From Eledone cirrhosa (lineage: Eukaryota): 64,000 nucleotides of DNA. Below the pieces are notes generated by a model, which saw only the letters and a list, made by a program, of their open reading frames with translations, ran no database searches and was not told where the DNA came from. Shown here one piece after another: positions 11,450-23,530 of the stretch; the first letter of the stretch is position 1; every line of letters begins with the position of its first letter. The stretch spans positions 100,192,001 to 100,256,000 of the forward strand of contig OZ024744.1 of NCBI GenBank assembly GCA_964016885.1, in the 5' to 3' direction. Position numbers and translations under genes: made by a program.

Positions 11450-13538
11450 TATTTCATTAGAAAAATATGGTAATGAAACGGTTAAACAATATATATATGG
11501 CTTAAAATGTAACAGCTACATTGAATTACACCAAGCATATAATTAGATAAAGTGCATGGCTTAGTGGTTAGAACATTGGGCCTGCAATTGTGAGGTTGTG
11601 AGTTTGATTCTTGGAACAAGTGATGCATTGTGTCCTTGATCAAGACACTTTATTTCACGTTACTCCTGTTTACTCAGCTGTAGAAATGAATTGAGACACC
11701 ACTGGTTCCAAGCTGTGTTGGCCATTGCCTTTCTCTTGGACACCATTAGTGTCATGGAGAAGGGAGGCTGGTATGACTGGGCAACTGCAAGTCTTCCACA
11801 AAAACCACCTTACCTGGATTTGTGCCTTGAAGGAGAACTTTCTAGGTGCAAATCCCAGTCATTAGTAACTGAAGGAGGTTTTTACCCTTACAAATAGATA
11901 AAGCAGTGAATAAAAACAAGTAATTGTTTCTACTTTAGGCACAAGGCCAGCAATTACCCAGTGCATTACTGGTACTTTATTTTATCGACCCCGTAAGGAT
12001 GAAAGGCAAAGTCAACCTCGGCTCGTAAAGGGACGTAACTATGCTGGAAAGCATGGCGTCCGACCCTCTACCGATACTGCCAATCCACCGCCCCTTTCTA
12101 TGTGTAAATCCCAGTCATTAGTAACTGAAGGAGGTTTTTACCCTTACAAATAGATAAAGCAGTGAATAAAAACAAATAATGGAACTGTCACAGATATCTT
12201 GTACTATCAACAAACAATAGCAACTGATATTTATATGCACACGTGATGTCTGTACATTCACCATCATCATAACCATTATTTGACGTCTGCTTCCAAACCA
12301 GAATGAATTGGATAGGTTGTCAGTGTCCGAGACCCGACGGGTTGGAGCGATTTCATCTTGGTCATTACATTCCCTATTTTTGGCATGGTTTCTATAGCTT
12401 GATGCCCTACTTAAAGCCAACCATCTTTCTAAGTGTGTACTACATGCACCTTTTTCATGGCACTAGTACTACCACCACTTTACAGAATGTGCTGGATGTG
12501 TTTCAAGGTGGTACCAAAACTAACACTTTACAAGATATAATTGTTTCTACTATTGGCACAAGGCCAGCAATTATCCCAGTACATTACTGGTACTTTATTT
12601 TATCGACCCTCGTAAGGATGAAAGGCAAAGTTAACCTCGGCGGGATTTGAACTCAGAATGGCAAGGGCCGTAACTATGCGTCAAAGCATGGCGTCGGACC
12701 CTCTACCGATACTGCCAATTCAATGGGTTCATTTTATTGTGGCACCAACATAAACACTTTTCAGGGTGTACTAGATGTACTTTATTGCAAGGAACATTTT
12801 ATTATGTTTGTGTGCAATATCTGAGGAATGCTATCAGTTAAAACCTGTTACATGAAATATCTTAAAATATATAGGACCCCAGTCAACATTTTTTTTCTTT
12901 TCATATCCTTGTATAACAAAACAATGTCTAAATAACTGCAACACTATTTTCATAAGACATTCCCAAAACTGTTACAGTGATCACCCCCCCCCCTACTGAC
13001 TCTTTTTCAACCTGTAACTCCTTGTGGAGTCTTGGGAAAGAGGGGTAGGGGTGTAGCGACATATAGTGAAACCCTTGGGCATTTTTTAAACCAAGCGGAG
13101 CCCATCATCTCACCAGGTCTGAACAACACAGCTGATTTCTTCTTCAAGAGAGGTAGAGAAAGCAATATAGAGGAAGAAACAACCCCAGTACTGTGAACTG
13201 GTACATTTTTTTTTTTTATCAACAGTGGAAGGATGAGAGGGAAAGTTGACCTTGGCAGGATTTGAATGCAATTGTCAGAGCACAGTCATTCTATCCAACA
13301 CTCTGCATTCAAATCCTTCCAAGGTCAACTTTACGAATTGTCAGAACACAGTGAGCTGTAACAAATACCACAAAACATTCTATCGAATGTTCTAACAACT
13401 CTGACAATTCATAAAGTTGATCTCGGTGGGATTTGAATGCAAATGCTGAGCTCAGTGAGCCAGAACAAATACCACAAAGCATTCTATCTAACGTTCCAAC
13501 AACTCTGACAATTTGCTGCTATACAGTGATATACTTAC

Positions 13539-13624
13539 TTAATATTTAGTTGTAAAGCTTTTTCTAAGAACCGTAAAGATAAATCATATTCTTCAGCTGC
13601 ATGCAAAATCAAACCAATATTGCT
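13539..13624 (-). CDS. CLUH: CLUH coding exon, TPR (SNIGLILHAAEEYDLSLRFLEKALQLNIK)
   Basis: tttcag/gtaagt sites, phase 0 to 2; NIGL.LH and EYDLSLRFLE motifs. Confidence 0.96.
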
Positions 13625-15321
13625 CTGAAATAAAATATATGAGAAATAATTCTTTTTTTTTTTTAAAGACTGAATATAAAATTTCTGTAATATTTTCAAA
13701 CATTAATTTCTTCTATATACTCCAGTATACTCGGTGGGGGCATGTGGCCTAGTGGTAAAGGTGTTGGACTTATGATCATGTCGTGGGTTTGATTCCTGGA
13801 CCATGTTGTGTGTTGTGTTCTTGAGCAAAACACTTTATTTCACGTTGCTCCAGTATACTCAGTGGAGGCATGTGGCCTAGTGGTAAGGGTGTTGGACTTA
13901 AATCATAATGTCGTGGGTTTGATTCCTGGACCATGTTGTGTGTTGTGTTCTTGAGCAAAACCCTTCATTTCATGCTGCTCCAATATATTCAGCTGAAAAT
14001 GAGTACCAGCATCAATAACGGAGTTTAACCCTGCAATGGACTGGCGTCATGTCCAGGCGGGGTAGTCTTGCACCCTCAGTCGCTTAACGCCAAGGAAACT
14101 GGGATAAGCACCAGCCCGATGAGCCCCCGGGCTTGTGACAGACTTTGCTTATTTATTTATATCTAAAAAGTCTAGTGAGGTTACTGATATGAGAAGACAG
14201 ACTCTCAATGTCTGCATTACACACACAGGCACACACACACACTGATATGAGAAGACAGACTCTCAATGTGTGCATTACAAGTTCCAAGCTTCCTTCTGAG
14301 AAAAGGTCTGATGCTAAGAAAGTCATTTAGAGAGATAGTTATTTCTTTGCACTAGTCACCACCACCACCACCACTGCCATACTAACAAGGGTTTGGTGGG
14401 TCATCACAGAACAGACCAAGTGAGTACTTAATTGGAACCATTGGTCTCTCAGACTGACCAGAACCTCATCTCATTTACATATGTTCCTACACAAATATTG
14501 GACCAGGTTTGTTTGGTATGCAAATGCCATTACCCACATATAGACATTTATTTGAACTTTGAATTATAAGTTGGTATTTACAACATATGGTTCTTATAAA
14601 ATCATTGAATTAGTATAGAGCAGCTGGGGCTGTTAAACAATACACACACATATTTATTTATTTATTAAAATAACCGTTTCTACTATTGGCACAAGGCCAG
14701 CAATTACCCAGTGCATTACTGGTACTTTATTTTATCGACCCCGTAAGGATGACAGGCAAAGTCAACCTCGGCGGGATTTGAACTCAGACCGTAAAAGGAC
14801 GTAACTACGCTGGAAAGCATGGCGTCCAACTCTACCGATACTGCCAATCCACTAACATTAAAGTTTAAGCAAAGAATCGCTGCTTTCAGCGATTCTTTGC
14901 TTAAACTTTAATCTGTTATTTTAATAAATATTTGCTCTAGGGTTCTTGTATATTTGATATATATTTATCCTTATCGAGCCCTCTTTGAATTTTAGTCTTC
15001 ACATTTATTATTATTACTACATATACATACATACATACATACACACACATATATATATACATACATACACATTATATAGTAGTATTAATAAATACTAAGA
15101 TCAAAATCCAGAGAGTACTCAAACCCGTAGAGCTAATTATTATTAACACATTAAAAGTTCAAGCAAACAATTTCTGCTTTCTCCTAAAAACGGGATCTTC
15201 TGAAGACCTCACTTTAGGGTGAAAGCAGAAATTATTTGCTTAAACTTTTAATCTGTACTAATAATAAATACATATATTTATATACAAATGTGAAAGGTTT
15301 AGGTAAACTAAAAATACTTAC

Positions 15322-15447
15322 ATCAAATAAGGCCACTTCAGGATGATTTTCGCCATGACATATTAAAGCTAAATATCTAGCTCGATATATTAACTTCAAG
15401 GCATTTGATATTTGATTGTTGGCAAAACAATAAAGAGCAAGATGAGC
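15322..15447 (-). CDS. CLUH: CLUH coding exon, TPR ([42 protein letters not shown])
   Basis: tttcag/gtaagt sites, 126 nt; HLALYCF, YRARYL and HPE motifs. Confidence 0.97.
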
Positions 15448-16427
15448 CTGAAATGAAATATTAACAGAGAAATAAATGGAAGGATTTAAAAAAAATAACA
15501 ACAACAAAAAAGATAGTTTAGGGTGTTTATAGAACAGAAGTAGTTAAGAAACAATAATAATAAGGACGAAAGAAACAACAGCAATAAAAACAAACAAAGA
15601 TTACCAGGTAACAACATTTTTTGTTACTCTCATCTTATCCAGTTTGCAATTGTTTAGCCTTATATCACTTTCAACATTATATATCCAACTTCCCACAGGC
15701 ATAGGCTGAAGCATATTGACAGTATGCCCCTACCCACTGTAAAGTGGTCATGTAGGTGTCACAACCAAAAACGCACCCAGACGACACTGTAAAGTGGTCG
15801 TGTAGGTGTCACAACAAAAAGCACCCAGTCGACACTAAAGTGGTCGTGTAGGTGTCACGGCAAAAAGGCACCCAGACTACTTTGTAAATGAGGTTGGTGT
15901 TAGGAAGGGCATCCAGCTGTAGAGACCAAGTCAGAACCAGTTCTGTATAAGCAAAGCATGGTCACTTGACCTAACTTTGCTCACAACAGGACAACTCGTC
16001 AAACCCATGCTAGCATGGAAGAATGGACTAAAACGCTGATGATGATACAATACTTCAAGCAAACTACAACATTTTATTAATAATTGCTTCTACTTTTGGC
16101 ACAAGGCCAGCAATTATCCCAGTGCATTACTGGTACTTTATTTTATCGACCCCGTAAGGATGAAAGGCAAAGTCAACCTCGGCAGGATTTGAACTCAGAA
16201 TGACAAGGGTCGTAACTATGCGTCAAAGCATGGTGTCCGACTCTCTACCGATACTGCCATAATAATGATATTATTACTACAGATTTTCACAACAATCTGT
16301 CCACTAGTAAAGATACTATAAACATTTGAATTAACAAACCTACTATTAGATATTTTCTGTTAAATCATTACAGGATATTAAGAGTTGGGTTACAAAACAT
16401 TTTATTGACTATTAAAATTGTACTTAC

Positions 16428-16508
16428 ATATTCAGTGATAGTATTAGCATTGTCAATGCCCAGTACCCTTTCACTCATAAGAACTGCTCTTTGTTGATAG
16501 GAGAGAGC
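16428..16508 (-). CDS. CLUH: CLUH coding exon, TPR (ALSYQQRAVLMSERVLGIDNANTITEY)
   Basis: tttaag acceptor and gtaagt donor, 81 nt; colinear with CLUH. Confidence 0.95.
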
Positions 16509-16544
16509 CTTAAATATAGAGAAAAATAAATATTTTACAACAGC

Positions 16545-17135
16545 AGCAGCAGCAAATACCACCACCACAACAACAATATCCACCATCATCACAACAACAT
16601 GAAACATCTACAACCACCACCACAACAACAATCACTACCACCACAGCACCAACCACAAACTACAACCACCACCACTACAACATGAAACACTACAACCACC
16701 ACCACCACCACCACAACAGCCACAACCACCACCACCCCAGTAAGCACCACCAGCACCACAACAAGCACCCATCAGCACCCCAACCACCACCAGCACCACA
16801 ACAACCACCACCAGCACCACAACAGCCACCACCAGCACCACAACAGCCACCACCAGCACCACAACAGCCACCACCAGCACCACAACAGCCACCACCAGCA
16901 CCACAACAGCCACCACCAGCACCACAACAGCCACTATCAGCACCACAACAGCCACTATCAGCACCACAACAGCCACTATCAGCACCACAACAACCACCAC
17001 CTCAACAGCCACAACCAGCACCTCAACAGCCACCACCACAACCACCACCAGCACCACAACAACCCCCACCAACACCACAAGCACCACAACAACTGCTACA
17101 ACACCAACCACAATCACCACTACAAACAACAATTT
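16545..17135. repeat. CAC/CAG-rich repeat with a 21-bp core unit (CCACCAGCACCACAACAGCCA)
   Basis: Direct reading; explains the spurious PAPQQPP and poly-Val ORFs. Confidence 0.92.
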
Positions 17136-17374
17136 TTATGAAAGTAGTAGCAATTGATATGAGAAATTAAAGTATTTCAATAAACCTTTAAAATGTAAAA
17201 TATATCAAAAGACATATGGTTTGATTCCCTACAGGTATCTGTTCCCTTTTTTCCCTACTTCTAGGGGTACTTTATCTGATTTATTCAACTATTATTTAGT
17301 TGTCCGAATTGTGGCGACTATATTTTTTCAAATCTAAAATATAACCTTTTACCATTAGAATTAGACAAAGCTGG

Positions 17375-18540
17375 AGAGAAATGAAGCAAGCATGCTCTGT
17401 TGGCTGTGCAATGGCGATGTGTGTGAACGACCAAGCATAGACGAGTTGAGAGAGAAACTTTACAAGAAGGATAAACTGTAGTGTGCGGGAGAGAAGACTA
17501 TGTTGGTATGGACATGTGATGCGCATGGATGATGGGTGAAGAAGTGCCAAGTAATCCCAATGGAAGGAAGACGTAGTAGAGGAAGACCACGAAAAACATG
17601 GGCATAGGTGGTGAGAACTGACCTTAGATCGCTTGAAGCTGACAGAGGAGATGACAAAGGACCGTTACAAATGGAGAGATGCTGGGCTGAAGAGGACCTG
17701 TCCTCCCCTTGCAAGTAGGGAAAAGCGGACATAAGATGATGATGAATTAGACAATTGAACAGCTAGAAAGCCCTGAACTGAGACACTTCTTTGCTCACTT
17801 ATTCCTGGGAGGATTGTAGAGGTAGAGTCCTTAAACACTCCTTCCAGCAGATCCTGTCAGAATCAACAGTCTCCAACTGATCTGGCTGGATCCCCAAGCG
17901 AGACAAGCCGAGCTCATGGATGTTATCCAACCATTTTGCTCAGAGTCTACCTCTGGGTCTCTTGCTAGTTGGTTTTGCCCGTAAAATCTGTCCAGCGATT
18001 CTTTCTCAAGACATTCTGATCACATGTTTATAGTATCAGAGAAGTAGCGGCTCTAACTAGAGCGAGTCTCTGATCTCTGCACTATTGGATAACATTACTC
18101 CAAAGACCCTTTTGAGATTAACAACTAAAATGTCACAACACAGAGGATGTGTAGACCGGAGAGAAATGAAGCAACCATTCTCCGTTGGATGTGCAATGTA
18201 AGTGTGAGAGAAGGGCACAGCTTGGACAAGTTGAAGGAGAAGTTGGGTTTGAGAAGAATTTAAGGTAGTGTGCAGGAGAAGACTGAGTTGGTTTGAACAT
18301 GCGATATACATGGACATTGGGTGAAGAAGTGCCAGGAGATCCCAGTGGAAGGAAGCTACGGTAGAGCTAGATCATGAAAGAGCTGGGCAGAGGTTGTGAG
18401 AGTTGGCTTCATGTCGCTAAAACTCATAAAAGAGATGACAAAGGATCGTGACAAGTGGAGGGATGCCGTGCTGAGAAGGACTCTTCCAACCCATGCAAAC
18501 ATGGAAAAACGGATAGAAAAATGACAATGATGATGATAAT
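17375..18540. mobile_element. Cluster of three RTE LINE 3' fragments (17375-17745 +, 17790-18130 -, 18140-18540 +)
   Basis: RL.WYGHVMRMD and GRRSRGRPRKTW motifs with (GAT)n tails. Confidence 0.8.
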
Positions 18541-19084
18541 GAAAGTAAAACAGTTCTGATATCTACATTTTATTTAACTTTTTTTTTTTTTTATTCCAAA
18601 CTGCTCAAAACCATCTGATTTTGTGGTTACAAAGCTGTTTATTTTTCCTTTCTTTCACTATATCTTGTACATATTTTACTAAAAAAAAAAAAATTTCTAT
18701 TTGTATTGTATCAGAAAATTATATATTATATCTAGTTAACTTGGGGAGTTTGAAATTTTAAAATATATTTGCCACAACAGACCCTGCTAGGTGCCTCTGT
18801 TTATTTTTTCTAGATCCAAGTGTACCGATTTATATCACCTGTAGCCTTATCGTTATCAACTGTTATTTATCGTTATCAACTGTTACTTATAGTTATCTGC
18901 ACTGTGGTGGCTATATATATAACCCAGGACATTATGATCATACGTTCAACACCCTTACCACTAGCCACACGCCACCACATATTTAAAACCCTTTAGCATT
19001 TAAACCAGCCAGAATTCTCTCACCTCTTTCAGTTCAAACTGGCTGCTCTCCACTTATGTTAAGGTATTGTTCTCAAAATAAATA

Positions 19085-19270
19085 ATTGTTTCTACTTTTG
19101 GCACAAGGCCAGCAATTACCCAGTGTATTACTGGTACTTTATTTTATCGACCCCGTAAGGATGAAAGGCAAAGTTAACTTCGGCGGGATTTGAACTCAGA
19201 ATGGCAAGGGCCGTAACTCTATGCGTCAAAGCATGGCGTCCGACCCTCTACCGATACTGCCAATCCACCG
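19085..19270 (-). mobile_element. tRNA-derived SINE family A (about 185 bp, representative copy); about 20 copies, e.g. 1-345 (+), 5795-5960 (+), 7255-7410 (+), 8235-8630 (-), 11925-12094 (-), 12540-12720 (-), 14676-14852 (-), 16083-16258 (-), 21268-21950 (-), 22340-22473 (+), 27935-28105 (-), 29385-29590 (-), 62452-62636 (-), 63894-63966 (-)
   Basis: A box TGGCAGTATCGG, B box GAGTTCAAATCC, conserved body GCCTTTCATCCTTACGGGGTCGATAAAATAAAGTACC and (ATT)n tail. Confidence 0.9.
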
Positions 19271-19388
19271 CAATACCAACATCTCAGAAATACAATAGTA
19301 AATATAGAGCAATATAAATGTTAAAGGGTTAAGAACATAACCACAGTAAATTGTATGCACATAAATACAAGTAATATTCAACACTCAC

Positions 19389-19580
19389 CTCAGAATACTC
19401 TCCCATGATATAGTTGAGCCGTGCAAGTAACCGCAAACAAGCAGCAATGTCTGGGTGCATTGCACCGTAGACATTGTTTAAAAGATTTAGTGCTTCACTA
19501 ATTAAATCATATCCTTCTCTTAAAAGTCCTTGCTGAATTTTGCTTTGACCACTTGTGAAAAAATGATAAGCATCACTAGC
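19389..19580 (-). CDS. CLUH: CLUH coding exon, start of TPR region ([18 protein letters not shown]...[15 protein letters not shown])
   Basis: tttcag/gtgagt sites, 192 nt; very close to the recalled vertebrate CLUH segment. Confidence 0.97.
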
Positions 19581-20211
19581 CTGAAAAATAAAATTTTGAC
19601 CATCAGACAGTAAATAATTATATGCGTAACTGGACATAAAAATATGTTGGTAATCTCAACAGGAATAGCTTGTTAATAATGATAATAGAGGTAATAAAAC
19701 ATTTTATAATTGCATTTTACTGTGACATTAGCACTCATTTTACAGAGTGTACAAGGTGTATGTTATCGTGTACAGGAGGCATTTTATCCTGGAACCGTCG
19801 CAACCACTTTACCGAGTGTACTGGGTACATTTTATTGAGACACCAACACTATCACTTTAACAAGTGTACTGGGTACATTTTATTGAGGCACCAACACTAC
19901 CACTCTACAGGGTGTACTGGGTACATTTTATTATGACACCAGCACTACCACTTCATTAAGTGGACTAAGTACATTTTGTGGTACCAACTCTGCCACTTTA
20001 CTAAGTGTACTGGGTACATTTTATTGTGGTACCAACACTGCCACTTTACAGCAGCTACTGGGTACATTTTATTGTGGTACCAACACTGCCACTTTATAGC
20101 AGCTACTGGGTACATTTTATTGTGGTACCAACACTGCCACTTTACTGAGTGTACTAGGTATATTTTATTATTATTTTCATTTACATAAAACCAATTCCAC
20201 CTTTTCTGAAA

Positions 20212-20510
20212 CTACACACACACACACACCCATACAAACACAGACACTCCCATACAAACATGAGCAAACAGACACACATATTCCCACACTCCCATGAGCA
20301 AACAGACATATTCCCACAAACACACACTCCCGTACAAACAAACAGACATACTCCCACATAAACACACATACTCCCATACAAACATGTACAAACAGACATA
20401 CTCCCATACAAACAAACAAACAGACACACATACTCCCATACAAACATGAGCAAACATATGAACACACACATACTCCCACACAAATACAAACACAGACACA
20501 CATAGATACA
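20212..20510. repeat. CA-rich degenerate minisatellite (CATACTCCCATACAAACA-type units)
   Basis: Direct reading. Confidence 0.85.
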
Positions 20511-20550
20511 GGTGAAAGAAATAGAATGATATATTTAGAAAGAAACCAAC

Positions 20551-20737
20551 CTTTGGATGGACACATTTAATAACAGGAAATACATTTACAATATCATCCT
20601 CAAAAAAGGTTTGTTTGTTCTTAGATTCAAAGTTATAATCTTTTAATAGAATTTGAATTCCACATTTCCTGCAAATGGACCGCAACAAAGATATTTTCTG
20701 TATGCCATACTTTTCTACAAGTGTCTCCACAGAATCA
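20551..20737 (-). CDS. CLUH: CLUH coding exon ([62 protein letters not shown])
   Basis: ttacag/gttggt sites; lies within ORF 20212..20883; strong CLUH-like motifs. Confidence 0.95.
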
Positions 20738-22657
20738 CTGTAAAAAGAAAAAATAGAAAAAAACAAAGAAAAAAATGTAATATTAGTAAGTGTAATAAAA
20801 TTGATATATTTCAAATCTTTACATTTCCCCCCAAAATATGGGGAAACAAAAAACAAAGAAAAAAACATATTCATCATCATCATTTCATTTTACGTCCGCT
20901 TTTCCCTGCTTGCAAGGGTGGGACGGAAACTGATTCTGGCTTGATTTCTACAGCTGGATGCCCTTCCTAACACCAACCTCATTTACAGTGAGTGCTGGGT
21001 GCTTTTTTGCTGTGGCACCTCCACGACCACTTTGCAGTGGAATGATAGGGACACCAGTCCCTATCATCTCATTTCTACAGCTGAGTAAACTGGAGCAATG
21101 TGAAATAAAGTGTCTTGCTCAAGGAAACAACACATCACCCGGTCTGAGAATTGAACTCACAACCTTTCGATTGCAAGGCCAATGCCTCCATATATATACA
21201 TTAGTTAAATATCCAGTTGACATATGAAGTATTGGAAATGTTCAGCCAAATACAGATGGCTAAAATAATTGTTTCTACTTTTGGCACAAGGCCAGCAATT
21301 ACTCCAGTACATTACTGGTACTTTATATTATAGACTAAGTAAGGATGAAAGGCAAAGTTAACCACTGCAGGATTCGAACTCAGAACGTAAAGGGCCACAA
21401 CTATGCTGCAAAACATGGTGTCTGACGCTTTACCGATACTGCCAATCTACCAATGGTTTCTGATTTAGGCACAAGGCCAAGGATTTTGAGGGAAGGGGAA
21501 AGTTGATTAAATCAACCCCAATGCATTACTGGTACTTTATTTTATCGACAGCTTAAGGATGAAAGGTAAAGCTATCGTTGGCAGGATTTGAACTCAGAAT
21601 GTAAAGGGTTGTAACTCTATGCTGCACAGCATGTCTGGCCCTCTACCGATACTGCCAATCCACTGTCCTTGACTATAATAATTGTTTCTATTTTAGGCAC
21701 AAGGCCAGCAATTACCCAGTGCATTACTGGTACTTTATTGTGACTATAATAATGGTTTTTGATTTAGGCACAAGGCCAACAGTTTTAGGTGAGAGAAAAG
21801 TCAATTAAATCAACCCCAGTATGTTACTGGTACTTTATTTTATTGACCCCGTAAGGATGGAAGGCAAAGTTAACCTCAGCGAGATTTGAACTCAGAATGT
21901 TAAGGGATGTAACTATAAACTATATGCTGCAAAGCATGTCTGATGCCCTTGACTACATTAATAGTAATAATAATAATGAAATTATTGTGTACAGTGCTCA
22001 GGTGCACTACAACTCATCAAAGGTGCATGTATAGTACATAGAATAATGTACAAATGTCAGGAAAATAAACAGTGTATGAGTCATGATATAATAACAATAA
22101 CGAAATATTGTGCACAGTGCCCAGGTGCACCACAACTCATCAAAAAAGTGCATGTACAGTACATAGGGCAATGCACAAACATCAGTAAAATGAACAGTGC
22201 ACGAGTCATGATACACACATGTGTGCATGTGTATGGAATGGGTACATCAGGTGTAGTTTTGGCGTATTTTGGGAAGCATGAGTGTCTTAAAGGATGCAGT
22301 GTCTCGGCAGCTAACAATTGACGCAGGCAGTTTATCATTTTGGCAGTGTCGGTAGACACCATGCTTTACAGCACCGAGTTATGGTCCTTTACGTTCCCCA
22401 CAGGGTCAATAAAATAAAGTACCAGTAATGCACTGGGGTAATTGCTGGCCTTGTGCCAAAAGTAGAAACAATTATTTATAATAATAGATTATTATTAATA
22501 ATTGAATAAAAAATGAGGAATGTGAGCAAGATTTGTTGGGAAAAGGACAGGTCAGAATACAAAACAATCAATATAGTTCATGAAAACTTTACAGCTAAAA
22601 ATTATAATTTATGATATAAATTTGTCGTAGCTAAAGATACCAGAAAAAGGAACATAC

Positions 22658-22748
22658 CTTTCTAAAGTAAAATGGTAATATTCATGCACATCATTAACGA
22701 TGCGCTTCCATAGACTCTTTGGAGTTTCATTTAACCATTCTGTGTTAT
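22658..22748 (-). CDS. CLUH: CLUH coding exon (DNTEWLNETPKSLWKRIVNDVHEYYHFTLES)
   Basis: gtccag/gtatgt sites, phase 1 to 2; 'DNT.W...TP..LWK.I' motif. Confidence 0.93.
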
Positions 22749-22760
22749 CTGGACAAAAAG

Positions 22761-22796
<36 letters not shown>

Positions 22797-22879
22797 AAGT
22801 AATAAATTAAGGCTGCCCGTTAATATTAACAAAAATGTACCAGCCCGATTCCATACACTGCCCATATCCCTAGATCTAC

Positions 22880-23530
22880 CGCCCCAGTCTACACTGTAAA
22901 GTGGTCATTTTGGTGTCATAACGAAAAGCACCCAGTCCACACTGTAAAGCGGTCATTTTGGTGTCATAACGAAAAGCACCCAGTCCACACTGTAAAGCGG
23001 TCATTTTGGTGTCATAACGAAAAGCACACTGTAAAGCGGTCATTTTGGTGTCATAACGAAAAGCACCCAGTCCACACCGTAAAGTGGTCATTTTGGTGCC
23101 ATAACGAAAAGTACCCAGTCCACACCGTAAAGTGGTCATTTTGGTGCCATAACGAAAAGTACCCAGTCCACACTGTAAAGTGGTCATTTTGGTGCCATAA
23201 CGAAAAGTACCCAGTCCACACTGTAAAGCGGTCATTTTGGTGTCATAACGAAAAGTACCCAGTCCACACTGTAAAGTGGTCATTTTGGTGTCATGACAAA
23301 AAGCAGCCAGTTCACCCTGTAAAGTGGTCATGTAGGTGTCATGACAAAAACGTCCAGCTCACACTGTAAATGTGGTTGGTGTTAGGAAGGGCATCCAGCC
23401 ATAGAAACCAAGACAAAATCAATTCTGTATGAGCAAGACACGATCATCTGACCTGGCTTGTCTCAATGAGACAACTCGCCTAACCCATGCTAATGTGAAA
23501 AAAATGGACATTAAATTGTGATGATGATGA
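22880..23530 (+). repeat. 45-bp minisatellite (about 11 copies) ending in the SINE-B/RTE tail; similar arrays at 15735-16045, 19720-20165, 26815-27520, 30030-30290
   Basis: Unit CACTGTAAAGTGGTCATTTTGGTGTCATAACGAAAAGCACCCAGTCCA-like, followed by GGAAGGGCATCCAGC...ACCCATGCTA...(GAT)n. Confidence 0.9.

Noticed and set aside
13737-13990. Tandem tRNA genes
   Set aside because: tRNA-like A/B boxes run straight into the SINE body (CTTGAGCAAAACACTT); no acceptor stem closure
16635-17170. Pro/Gln-rich and poly-Val ORFs
   Set aside because: 21-bp CAC/CAG repeat; no splice or domain evidence
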